Assembly: GCA_044226015.1 (NCBI GenBank)
Contig: JBGAHS010000004.1
Span: forward strand, 352,001 to 416,000
DNA from: Candidatus Obscuribacteraceae bacterium
GTDB lineage: Bacteria > Cyanobacteriota > Vampirovibrionia > Obscuribacterales > Obscuribacteraceae
DNA: 64,000 bases
Reading direction: 5' to 3'
A program made the translations under genes and the position numbers. This document shows, one piece after another, positions 49,355 to 58,592 of this stretch. The first letter of the stretch is position 1, and each line of letters begins with the position of its first letter. The notes below the pieces were generated by a model that did not search any database, was not told the origin of the DNA, and worked only from the letters and a program-made list of their open reading frames with translations.

Positions 49355-50392
49355 TCAGCTTTTCTGCGAAGACTTTTTCTGTGCCGTTTTGGGAGCTAAT
49401 TGATCGGCAAGCGTGTTTCGTTCCCAAAAAACTGAGTCTGCAAAACCCTGAATGCGTTTGTCCTTATCGGCTGCTAGAAGTCGCTTCTCTGCCAACAGGC
49501 AGTAAGTTTCATCTATGTCGCAGCCCAGATAATTTCGCCCCAGTTTTTTTGCCACCACAGATGATGTACCGCTTCCCAGAAACGGATCCAAGACAAAATC
49601 ACCAGGGTTTGAACTGGCAAGAATCAATTTTGCTATCAACTTTTCGCTCTTTTGTGTCGGATGATCAGTATTCTCGGGCATCGACCAGAATGGAATGCTG
49701 ATATCAGTCCAGATGTTAGAGGGAAACGTATCTCGGTATGAGCCGTCGCGTCCTTCGCTCCAATCTTTAGGCTTACCTTCTTCGTTTCGATAGGGAGCAA
49801 TAACTTTGCGGCGGAGTTTCACTTGCTCGACATTGAATGTATAGGTATCACCCATGGTGCAAAACCAAATGTCTTCGCTTGCATTTTTCCAGTTGGAACT
49901 TGCACCTCGACCCTTTTCTCTTTCCCAGCATATTCTATTGCGCACGATAAAGTGCTTTGAGGCTGCTGCATAAATGGAAACTGAACTGTACCACTCGCCA
50001 CAAATGTAAATGGTGGCAGTGCTTTTCAAACAATGCTTCAAAGACTCGAAGGTTTGCTCAAGATATTCCTCGTATGCTTCCACACTGCGTCGAGCGAACT
50101 TAAGACTTCGAAAGTCTTTTGTGAGGTTGTAGGGCGGGTCAAGAATAAGTAGATCAACGCATTGGTCGGGCAGATGTTTAGCAAGGTCAGAGAATGATCC
50201 ATTGAAGGTCTTATTTTGAATTTGCGAGAGTTTTGCAAACCCTTTGCCAAGCTTCAGGTTTGATGGTAAAAGCAAGCGTCCCTTGAGTCCGGGTATTTCC
50301 TCAGGACTTAGATTCAATGTCTTATTCTTTGGCGAGCGAGTCTTGCTTGCACTTGCAGTCGCTACCTTGGAACTCCCTTTAGCCTTTTTCAC
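49355..50392 (-). CDS. N4/N6 DNA methyltransferase (beta class), orphan
   Basis: DPPY precedes HPTQK and DPFLGSGT. Confidence 0.92.
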   Translation of the reverse strand: MKKAKGSSKVATASASKTRSPKNKTLNLSPEEIPGLKGRLLLPSNLKLGKGFAKLSQIQNKTFNGSFSDLAKHLPDQCVDLLILDPPYNLTKDFRSLKFARRSVEAYEEYLEQTFESLKHCLKSTATIYICGEWYSSVSIYAAASKHFIVRNRICWEREKGRGASSNWKNASEDIWFCTMGDTYTFNVEQVKLRRKVIAPYRNEEGKPKDWSEGRDGSYRDTFPSNIWTDISIPFWSMPENTDHPTQKSEKLIAKLILASSNPGDFVLDPFLGSGTSSVVAKKLGRNYLGCDIDETYCLLAEKRLLAADKDKRIQGFADSVFWERNTLADQLAPKTAQKKSSQKS

Positions 50393-50393
50393 T

Positions 50394-51497
50394 TCAGTCT
50401 GCCTGCTCAGGAATAAGTTGGGCTGCCTTCGCAGGTAGTATCAGAAACTTGTTTTGCCCAGTTGCGTGTGCGGCACCATCGTTTGTTAAAGATGCCTTCC
50501 AATGAACGTCGTCAGCGATCTTCAAATGATAATCGCAGGTGTCACCCTGAAAGCTCCTATGCAGTATTTCAACTGGAAAAACGTTAGTGAAATCATCGGC
50601 TTGCGAACGCTCATCAGAAAGAACGTAATTGTAGCTACGCATCCAGACCGTAACACGAGTTCCAAGCGCCAGGCGTTCGAAGTCGGACTGAGGTTGGCAC
50701 CATATATTCAAGCCGCGTGCAGTCTTAACCTTACAATACGGTGCCTTTAATTCTGAAATTTCGCCGTTGATGAGATTCGTCTGACCTATAAAGTCAGCTA
50801 CAAAGGGAGTCTTCGGACTTTCGAAAATCTTTTCTGGGCTGTCCAGTTGTTCGAGATTGCCCTGAGAGAGAACTGCTATTCGATCTGAGAGTGCAAACGC
50901 TTCATCTTGATCGTGAGTAACCATCACGAAAGTTGTATTTAGTTCTTTTTTGAACCTCGCCAATTCGGCATGCATCTCAACTCTTATTTTTGGGTCAAGG
51001 GCAGACAATGGTTCATCTAACAGCAGAACCTTAGGCTTATTCACGATGGCTCTAGCGAAGGCAACTCTCTGTTGTTGCCCACCGGAAAGCTCCTTTGGGA
51101 ACCGTTTGATGATATGAGGCAGGCGCACCAGACTTAGTGCCATCTCTACTCGGGCTGCAATTTCCGATTCCGGGCAGGCTTTTGACATTCGGAGTCCAAA
51201 AGCTATGTTGTCGAAAATGCTCAAATGGGGAAAGAGCGCATAACTTTGAAACACCATATTTACTGGTCGTTTGTGAGGCGGAACGTGGCTCACGTCCTGC
51301 CCCGCAATATGAATCGACCCGGAACTGGGAAACTCGAAACCGGCTATCATTCTCAGTAAGGTCGTCTTGCCACAACCTGATGGACCTAAAAGGCTGAAAA
51401 ACTCCCCTTCATAAATTTCCATGTTGACGTTATTTACAGCACGAGTTCCTTCGAACTCTTTGCAAACATTTTTCACTTCAACTATGGCTTTGCTCAT
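50394..51497 (-). CDS. potA: Polyamine-type ABC transporter ATP-binding protein (PotA-like)
   Basis: GPSGCGKT, VFQSYALFPH, LSGGQQQR, DEPLSALD and VADFIG motifs; TOBE-like C-terminus. Confidence 0.85.
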   Translation of the reverse strand: MSKAIVEVKNVCKEFEGTRAVNNVNMEIYEGEFFSLLGPSGCGKTTLLRMIAGFEFPSSGSIHIAGQDVSHVPPHKRPVNMVFQSYALFPHLSIFDNIAFGLRMSKACPESEIAARVEMALSLVRLPHIIKRFPKELSGGQQQRVAFARAIVNKPKVLLLDEPLSALDPKIRVEMHAELARFKKELNTTFVMVTHDQDEAFALSDRIAVLSQGNLEQLDSPEKIFESPKTPFVADFIGQTNLINGEISELKAPYCKVKTARGLNIWCQPQSDFERLALGTRVTVWMRSYNYVLSDERSQADDFTNVFPVEILHRSFQGDTCDYHLKIADDVHWKASLTNDGAAHATGQNKFLILPAKAAQLIPEQAD

Positions 51498-53113
51498 GTT
51501 TCAGATTTGCCTTTCATCTCGCGAATCTGAAATGCAATTTGAAGGTTCAAGAGTACCTCGGGGGAGTCGATATCGACTTTGAGCAACTCCGCTATTTGTT
51601 CAAGGCGATATCGCATCGTGTGACGGTGGATAAACAGCTCTTTTGCAGCAGAGTTCAAATTGTAAGCTTGTTCCAAATAGACTTTGAGCGTTTCTACCAA
51701 TTCCGTTTCCCATTCAGCGTCGTAGGACTCTAATGGTGCCAGATGCTCCTCATAATAACGGTCGAGTTCTGGGTGATCGAACATAAGATATAGAATTCGC
51801 TTCACACCCAGATCACCATAGCTGGTGACGAACTCTTTTTGACCGTGTGTCATGTCTCCAGTGATAAGAGCCTGGCGAGCCTCTTTGTATGCATCAGGAA
51901 TGTCCATGAGGGTCGGCGCCAGACGGCTTACGCCCATCTGTATTTTTACACCATCCACCTTCTCTTTGATGTTCTGCTTAAGCTCTTCTGCATAGTCTTG
52001 CCACTTCATGTCTTCTTTTTTCTCGACGGGCAAAACAAAAACGGTTACGTCTTCCATTTCGAGCATAGCCTGTCGCTCTTCGTTCCAAGACAGTTTCTCC
52101 ACCAGGTGGTCGGGAGTGATTCTTAGAGCCAAAACCAAACTACCATCGCATATATCTAGCCCAAAGTACTGTTCAAGCCGCTCCATATCGCTGCCAGCGA
52201 GTGGGTGGCCCAATAGCAAGTCTTTGAGCAGACTTCGATGAGTCAGAGTACTAACTGCAAATTGTCGGCGGCTCTGACCAAGATCTACCAATGCTGCTAG
52301 AACTGCTGGTCTTAGATACTCAGCTAACAATTCCTCATCGTCAGAGGGTCTCATCATGATCGAGAAGTAACCAACTACGGTGCCACCAAGAATGATTGGT
52401 GCCACAAGTCTGCGACCTACTCGAATTGCATCGAGTACCGACTCAGGGTCATCATACGAGCGCAATTCTCGGTTCAAAGCTTCGGCTAACTCTTCTGTCA
52501 GAGTCTTTTGTTGGTTTGGTGGAGTCGGACCCATGTTATTTGCGGCGAGAATCTTAAAATCTGCAGTTTCCACGCAACAGGGGCGTTCTAACTGTTCGGA
52601 CAGCGCATCGACAAGGTCATCCAGACCCTGCTCAATGACGACCCTAACGAAATATGACTGCAATCGAGCGCTCGCTTTTTTTACCTCATTCAAATAAGCC
52701 GAGCGAACTTCTTCAATCAACTCCATGCTGTCTTCCAGGCAGGTCAGCAGAATCAGCGGTGTGTTGATTGACTTGCAGTGTTCGATGACAGGTTCAATCT
52801 CAACGTCGAGTTCGGGAAGCACCTGATTTCGGTTGCCACTCCCTTTGGTGCTGGTGCTGCGACTAGAACTTACGGGTTGAATGACTATAAGTCCGCTCAT
52901 ACCCTTCAGAGATGGCAGTTCTTGAACAGAAAGGGTGCTTGCTTTGATCAAGCAGAGGCTGCCAACTTTCTGACCACCGTAGAGAGTCGCTACTACCTGT
53001 GTGATCGGCCTGTCAAGAAACTCTTTACCGCACAAAATTTTTGCTTCCGAGAGCGATTCAAGATCCAGAAGTCTCTTAAGTGTTGGTTGCAGCGGTATGC
53101 GATTTGAGCTCAT
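51494..53113 (-). CDS. PucR/CdaR family transcriptional regulator
   Basis: C-terminal ELVETLKVYL...AAKELFIHRHTMRYRLEQI HTH; PucR-like N-terminus. Confidence 0.9.
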   Translation of the reverse strand: MSSNRIPLQPTLKRLLDLESLSEAKILCGKEFLDRPITQVVATLYGGQKVGSLCLIKASTLSVQELPSLKGMSGLIVIQPVSSSRSTSTKGSGNRNQVLPELDVEIEPVIEHCKSINTPLILLTCLEDSMELIEEVRSAYLNEVKKASARLQSYFVRVVIEQGLDDLVDALSEQLERPCCVETADFKILAANNMGPTPPNQQKTLTEELAEALNRELRSYDDPESVLDAIRVGRRLVAPIILGGTVVGYFSIMMRPSDDEELLAEYLRPAVLAALVDLGQSRRQFAVSTLTHRSLLKDLLLGHPLAGSDMERLEQYFGLDICDGSLVLALRITPDHLVEKLSWNEERQAMLEMEDVTVFVLPVEKKEDMKWQDYAEELKQNIKEKVDGVKIQMGVSRLAPTLMDIPDAYKEARQALITGDMTHGQKEFVTSYGDLGVKRILYLMFDHPELDRYYEEHLAPLESYDAEWETELVETLKVYLEQAYNLNSAAKELFIHRHTMRYRLEQIAELLKVDIDSPEVLLNLQIAFQIREMKGKSET

Positions 53114-53209
53114 GAAGTAGCCCGTCCGAAGCTTATGATCTGAACCTATTTTACCTCTTTCGACGGATGTCCTCCACTTTGGAGTGATATCACCAGTGGA
53201 GGCAAAATT

Positions 53210-53233
53210 AAAATTTGAAAGAATTCAAATTTT
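53210..53233. promoter_or_regulatory. Palindromic operator-like site AAAATTTGAA-agaa-TTCAAATTTT
   Basis: Perfect 10-bp inverted repeat between divergent genes, ~20 bp upstream of TTGACA (53254). Confidence 0.5.
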
Positions 53234-53345
53234 TTTGCTCTAGGGTATTGAGCTTGACAAGTCTTTGAGACAAAATTAATTCATTCAACTTCCAACTCCT
53301 TTTCCCCCATCCGCGGACCTTCCGCGCGCTAGCAGGTATTTATTA

Positions 53346-53507
53346 ATGAGTCAACATGTAAAGAGCTTCGAGGACAGATTGGCTGGTTTGTTCGAGCGTA
53401 AGGCAGAAGAATTCTCTCGTTATTCTGCTGAACAATCCTCTGCAAACGTTGTTGCAAGACAGCTTGCGGATTTATATAAAGATCTAGCGAACATGATGCG
53501 TCGTTAG
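53346..53507 (+). CDS. Small 53-aa helical protein not in the ORF track (MSQHVKSFEDRLAGLFERKAEEFSRYSAEQSSANVVARQLADLYKDLANMMRR)
   Basis: ATG with AGGT RBS, promoter-like sequence upstream and terminator downstream. Confidence 0.7.
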   Translation: MSQHVKSFEDRLAGLFERKAEEFSRYSAEQSSANVVARQLADLYKDLANMMRR

Positions 53508-53551
53508 AAAACGAATACTTTTACTAGTTCCTAATCAACCTTTACCTTTTT

Positions 53552-53587
53552 CTCGATCCACACATCCGTGTGGGTCGAGTTCTTTTT
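53552..53587 (+). terminator. Intrinsic terminator
   Basis: ctcgatccacac-atcc-gtgtgggtcgag followed by ttcttttt. Confidence 0.85.
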
Positions 53588-53665
53588 GGGCTTGCGTATT
53601 TCCACCCTACCGATGGGCTGAGCTAAACGGTAGACTGTCCTTGACTACTTTCGGGATTTTAGTCG

Positions 53666-53917
53666 ATGCAAGAAGTGTTTTGCTACTTTATCGGGATATT
53701 GGTAGCTGCTGGTGTAACTCTGATGATTGCGTTTCCAGATTTCTTGACTCCTCCTTTGGAGAAAAAGAAAAAGCGGTTTACTGGAAGGCATTGGGGTGGT
53801 TATCACGATTCCAAATCGATAGAACATATCGACAAAAATGAAGGCGTTGAGGTCGGTCGACCAGCCAAGCCGTTGCGTTACACAGCTGGTGGAACCACCT
53901 ACGCCCGTGGCAAATAG
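53666..53917 (+). CDS. Small single-TM hypothetical protein
   Basis: N-terminal TM, then a KKKKR stop-transfer segment. Confidence 0.6.
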   Translation: MQEVFCYFIGILVAAGVTLMIAFPDFLTPPLEKKKKRFTGRHWGGYHDSKSIEHIDKNEGVEVGRPAKPLRYTAGGTTYARGK

Positions 53918-53986
53918 CCTTTTCCAATCCTTTGCCGTTAGCAAGCGCCTGCTCTCAGCCAGGTGCGCTTGGTTTTTCTTTTCAAT

Positions 53987-55687
53987 CTAGGGTGAAGGCT
54001 TAGGAAGCGAGTCTTCCGAAACGAGCCTGCCAGAACTTAATGTGTCCAGGCTGATGACCCCGATATCGCGCAGCAATTGTACTTGAGCTTGATTGAAAGT
54101 CAAAATTGCATCTGCGCGATTAATCAGTGATTGCGTCCATACCTGCTGAGCTTGCAGCACGTCAATGTTTGTACCAACTCCGTTAGCCAGACGAACACGA
54201 GCAAGACGCAGCTGCTCGCTGGAAGATGCCACCGCCCGTGTGGTCACATCTATTTGTTTCTCTGCTACCAGGCTGTTCAGATAGGATGTTCTGACCTGGG
54301 TCAAAACATTCATAAACTGCTGGTTTGCAGTCAGCATTGCAGCTCGGGCGAGGTGTTTTGAAGACTGCACATTACCTACGTTAGGAACGCCAAGGTTGAA
54401 ATAATTCCAGTCAACTTCGAAACCGATAACATAAGACTTACGCATCTGGCGCTTCACCTGTCTCGGTGGGTTGAACTGTCCTACCACTGGGAATTGTGTT
54501 GTTTGTCCAAATTGTGGTGGAGTGATTATGTCTCCAGAATTCACAGAACCTGGCACGATACTTGTGCTGCCTGGCTGTACCCTGTAGCCAGGGCCGAGTG
54601 TGGCACCACTGCCGGTGTAGCTGCCGAAAAATTGAATTGATGGATAGAGTGGTGCTGCAGCGACTTGAATTTGTCTGCGAGCGGCCAGTCTCAATTGTTC
54701 GTATTGTTTCAGTTCAGGACGATGTTTCACCGCCAATCTTAGCAAGCCGTTGATGTCCATTTTTGGCTCTATCAATCTAACTTTTCGAACCTTTGTGTCC
54801 ACGCTCATCAAATTGGCGCCGAGGTCCAGGTTGAGTGAATTTGCCAGATTGATGGCTGCTGTTCTGAAAGCTACTTCCTGATTTAGCAAGTTTTGTTCGT
54901 CTGTTGCTAATTGCGTGTCAGCCTGCAAGACACCGAAGTATGTTCCGGTTCCGGCGCGTTCCAGCTGTTGGTTCAGTACAAGCTGAGCGCGAGACGTTTC
55001 GACTGCTCTTACGCGAATTTCAAGGAATGCTTGAGCTCTAACAAGGTCATAATATTGCTTTGACACCGTATTTAGTGTGTCGTTGATACTTGCTCTGAAT
55101 TGAGATTTCGCTGCCAGATAATTATGCTTCTGCAACAAAGCACCAAAGACAACGGCGCCACCCTGAAACCCTGTGTAATTGAAGCCGGCGTTCGCTGTTA
55201 CGAACGGAGTAGCGAAACTTGATGGAATGATGCCACCAACTAGAGTCGAGCCTGCTTGAAACACACTTCTGTAACTCATCAGAGCATTGGGAAGGAACCT
55301 ACCTAACGCACCAATCAACAACCATTTTTGCGATTTCATTTGTTCGTTGCTAATGCCAATTGCAAGATTGTGCAGCACCGCAAAATTGATAACATCTTTT
55401 AGCGTGACTGGCTGGTTGTACACAGCTTCCAATCGAATTGTTGGCATGCCTTTCTTCAGAGGCATAAGTTCATTCAAAGCCGGAAGTTTGAGGTCGCTCT
55501 CTTCTTCCATTCTGGTGTCAGCCACATCTGGACCAACATTCCGTGGGAACGCCGGCTGAGGTGGTCCTTGTGGGTAGTCGCTAGCACCAGTCTGTGCCAC
55601 CGCTTTTGATGGCGATATCATGCACGTCAAGAGTAAGCTCAGCCCCAGATGGGACCATGTTAGACGTTTGATTGCGAGGACAGACAT
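53987..55687 (-). CDS. TolC family outer membrane protein
   Basis: Signal peptide and two OEP repeats (HRPELK, LYPSI, GVGTNIDVLQAQ). Confidence 0.9.
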   Translation of the reverse strand: MSVLAIKRLTWSHLGLSLLLTCMISPSKAVAQTGASDYPQGPPQPAFPRNVGPDVADTRMEEESDLKLPALNELMPLKKGMPTIRLEAVYNQPVTLKDVINFAVLHNLAIGISNEQMKSQKWLLIGALGRFLPNALMSYRSVFQAGSTLVGGIIPSSFATPFVTANAGFNYTGFQGGAVVFGALLQKHNYLAAKSQFRASINDTLNTVSKQYYDLVRAQAFLEIRVRAVETSRAQLVLNQQLERAGTGTYFGVLQADTQLATDEQNLLNQEVAFRTAAINLANSLNLDLGANLMSVDTKVRKVRLIEPKMDINGLLRLAVKHRPELKQYEQLRLAARRQIQVAAAPLYPSIQFFGSYTGSGATLGPGYRVQPGSTSIVPGSVNSGDIITPPQFGQTTQFPVVGQFNPPRQVKRQMRKSYVIGFEVDWNYFNLGVPNVGNVQSSKHLARAAMLTANQQFMNVLTQVRTSYLNSLVAEKQIDVTTRAVASSSEQLRLARVRLANGVGTNIDVLQAQQVWTQSLINRADAILTFNQAQVQLLRDIGVISLDTLSSGRLVSEDSLPKPSP

Positions 55688-55688
55688 C

Positions 55689-56243
55689 TTATTTCACGAG
55701 TCTCTGAACAGCCTTGAACTGTTCAGTACCTGATTCTCCGAGCATTTCGAAGAGCGCCATTTCTACACATGATGGTACTGCTCCAGACGAGATCATTTTT
55801 TCCCATCCCATGTCTTTGTTGCGCTGCGAACGGCTAGCAATTGCATCAGCAACTACGTGGACAGTGTAATCATTTGCCATCAACGAATGCGTTGTTTGAT
55901 TAACGCAAACGTGCGCTTCTATTCCGCAAATTATTACTTGATTGCGACCAATGCTTTCCATCATCTCGAGGAATCCCGGAGCATCGCCACAGCTGAAGGA
56001 AGTTTTTTCAAAATATTTGTGCTCACCCAAGCAAGCCGCGATTTCTGCAATCGTCTTTCCCAGCCCTTGTGGATATTGCTCAGTGAGAACAACCGGCACT
56101 TTCAATATCTTTGCAGCTTCTGCAAGAATTGTGATGTTTCGAGTAAGGTTGTCGAGATCTTTCAGCTGTTTTCGGAAACTCTCCTGAACATCAACGATCA
56201 AAAGCATTGCTTGCTTGCTGTCTAGAACTCGCGGATGGCGCAT
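55689..56243 (-). CDS. Isochorismatase family cysteine hydrolase
   Basis: IVDVQE, TEQYPQGLG, KTSFS and GIEAHVCV motifs. Confidence 0.92.
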   Translation of the reverse strand: MRHPRVLDSKQAMLLIVDVQESFRKQLKDLDNLTRNITILAEAAKILKVPVVLTEQYPQGLGKTIAEIAACLGEHKYFEKTSFSCGDAPGFLEMMESIGRNQVIICGIEAHVCVNQTTHSLMANDYTVHVVADAIASRSQRNKDMGWEKMISSGAVPSCVEMALFEMLGESGTEQFKAVQRLVK

Positions 56244-56471
56244 ATTTCAAGATTCCTACTGTAGACTTTTCTTAAACAAAAAAGTGGTCCTGGCAGCTTC
56301 AAAGCATAGCATTACGAGCCTATAAAAGACCCATTTTACGAACCTGTTAGTTTCGTTTCTCTGCGTAATGTGTGACAGTCTGCATGCCGCAAGGCTATGC
56401 GCCGGCTAAAGAAGATATTAGTGGTTAATGTCCAGTAACTTGGCCGTCTTTGTGGTATAAGTTCCTCTTGT

Positions 56472-56544
56472 GGGGCGTTAGCGCAGTTGGTAGCGCGCAT
56501 CAATGGCATTGATGAGGTCACCGGTTCGACCCCGGTACGCTCCA
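56472..56544 (+). tRNA. tRNA-Ala(GGC)
   Basis: Acceptor stem GGGGCGT/ACGCTCC with G3:U70, anticodon GGC, GGTTCGA T-loop; CCA not encoded; TGgTATAAG promoter element upstream. Confidence 0.97.
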
Positions 56545-56693
56545 AAACTTTTCGGGGCAATTTCAAGCAGGCACATCTCAAGGTGTGAGTTTTAGCGCGA
56601 ACTTTAGCGCGAGCTTTTTGTAGCTAATGGCAACTTGCCACAGTTCTTGTGTCCGGTTGTCTGCAGCAATAAATCTCTAACGCTCGTTGTTAG

Positions 56694-57509
56694 TTAATAA
56701 CCAGCTGACGATAGTTCCAAACCGCCAGCAACTTTGTCTGTTCTTGCAACACCTGACCTTACCGTTCCATCCGGGTCAAGCTCAAGCCAGCGGTAGCCAG
56801 GCGGAACAGCGTCCACTCCAAAATCGTCAGAGGCTGCTTTGAACTGCACGCAAGTCGAAGGCGTCGCCATCAACAGTTTCTGCTTATGTCGTCCATTGAA
56901 CTCCTGGTGAACGTGCCCCCAGAGCACTGCTTTGACATTCGAGTAGGCATCGAGTAATTCGAGAAACTCGCTACCGTTTTCCACACCAATTTGATCCAAC
57001 CATTTCGCTCCCATCGGAACGGGATGATGATGCATGCATACAAGCGCATGTAGGTCTGGTTGTTCGTCGAGGCAGCTTTGTAAGAAGTCAAGCTCACTTT
57101 GCTCAAGTCGCCCGCCAACCTCGCCTTCAACTTGCGAATCAAGCAGGATGATTTGCCAGTTGCCTTTGACCAGCTGACGGCTCGCGTCGAAGTGTGATTT
57201 TTCATGTATCAGCCCACGCGTCATTTCTTTGCGCTTGTCGTGGTTGCCAGGCAGAAAGTAGCAAGGCGCACCGGCATTCGAAAGAGCGACTGATAATCGA
57301 TGGTAGGACTCTTCCGTTTCATCCTGAGAGAGGTCGCCAGTAATGAGATAAAAGTCTGGAACCCCGCGATTTGCCAGAGCCAGCCTGTACACCTCAGAAA
57401 AACTCGCAAAGGTATCCACGCCAAGCAATTTGCCGGTCGCATCCTTAAAAATATGCGTGTCGGTAAATTGTAAGACTTTTAGGGTTTTATCCTTGCCTGA
57501 CAGGCTCAT
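56694..57509 (-). CDS. cpdA: 3',5'-cyclic AMP phosphodiesterase (class III metallophosphoesterase)
   Basis: DTH, TGDLSQD, PGNHD, HHHP, GHVHQ, PSTCVQF and PGYRWLEL motifs. Confidence 0.92.
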   Translation of the reverse strand: MSLSGKDKTLKVLQFTDTHIFKDATGKLLGVDTFASFSEVYRLALANRGVPDFYLITGDLSQDETEESYHRLSVALSNAGAPCYFLPGNHDKRKEMTRGLIHEKSHFDASRQLVKGNWQIILLDSQVEGEVGGRLEQSELDFLQSCLDEQPDLHALVCMHHHPVPMGAKWLDQIGVENGSEFLELLDAYSNVKAVLWGHVHQEFNGRHKQKLLMATPSTCVQFKAASDDFGVDAVPPGYRWLELDPDGTVRSGVARTDKVAGGLELSSAGY

Positions 57510-57602
57510 CCAGTCTCCCCCGAAAACTTTGACCCCTTCTTCGCCTTTTTCCCTGTTTTTACTATTTCTATGCGATTTCGACAGATTATCTAAGGATAAA
57601 AT

Positions 57603-58553
57603 GTGAGTGTGGTTAAGACTAGCAAGAAATTGAAACCCAGATTTATTATCATCATAGCCCTAATCTTGGGGCTGGTGTTGTGTTTTGGGAATTACTTGCA
57701 ATATTTGCCCGAGCAGCTGGCGCTTGTCTCCCTAGATGTAAGCAAACCCGACAGCTATGAGTTCAGGTCCTTTGACGAGTTGCTTCGCAGCCATGTGAAG
57801 TACGGGCTGATTGATTATCAGAAGCTCAAGTCCGACCCCAATTTTAAGCTTGCTATTGATGAGCTTGCTCGGACTAGCCCGGCTAAACTCACGGGACGGA
57901 TGGAGCAGCTCTGTTTCTGGATAAACGCCTACAATTTGGGGGAGATCAAGAGTATTGTCGATCATTACCCGAGTAAAGAGCAAAGTGGGCGCAATCTTGC
58001 ACATCTGACTGTGGGTGGAAGGATTTTTACGCTGGCCGAAATAAAAGAGGAAATGCTTGCTGAGAAAATCATTCTGGTTAATTGGAAGGCAATTTTTCTG
58101 CTTTGCAATGGTGACATAAGCTCACCCCGCATCAGTACTCACGCTTATCGACCCGGCACTCTAAATGAAGATGCTGAGCGGGCATACAAAATGTTCGTGT
58201 TGAGTCGACTGAATTATCATATCGATGAGAAAACAAAGACATTCTTCGTTTCGCCATTTTATTTGTGGAACAACAGATTTTTTCTGCACGACTTCTCCTC
58301 GGTTTTCGAAATGGTAAATAATTCTCTTCCGCCGCAGAAGCAGTTGGATCTCAATGCTGTTAGTAAGTCGTACATGTTGGCTTACGATCGCAGAATCAAC
58401 GACTTGCGCTATTACTATCTGGCAAAAAACGAGTTCGAAGCAAAGCTGAAAGCTGAGCAAAAGCTGGAAGAAGAGTTGAGTAAGCAAACGCAGGCGTCCA
58501 TAAGAGAGCAAATAAAGAAACTCGACATGAGAGATGTGCCTGCTCGTGATTAA
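57603..58553 (+). CDS. DUF547 domain protein
   Basis: GLIDY, FWINAYN and VSPFYLW motifs; N-terminal TM. Confidence 0.8.
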   Translation: MSVVKTSKKLKPRFIIIIALILGLVLCFGNYLQYLPEQLALVSLDVSKPDSYEFRSFDELLRSHVKYGLIDYQKLKSDPNFKLAIDELARTSPAKLTGRMEQLCFWINAYNLGEIKSIVDHYPSKEQSGRNLAHLTVGGRIFTLAEIKEEMLAEKIILVNWKAIFLLCNGDISSPRISTHAYRPGTLNEDAERAYKMFVLSRLNYHIDEKTKTFFVSPFYLWNNRFFLHDFSSVFEMVNNSLPPQKQLDLNAVSKSYMLAYDRRINDLRYYYLAKNEFEAKLKAEQKLEEELSKQTQASIREQIKKLDMRDVPARD

Positions 58554-58592
58554 CGCTATTATTGTCGGATTTCTAGAGAAAAGGACTGCGGA

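Noticed and set aside
56545..56693. Genomic island integrated at tRNA-Ala
   Set aside because: No integrase and no duplicated tRNA 3' end noticed in the window.
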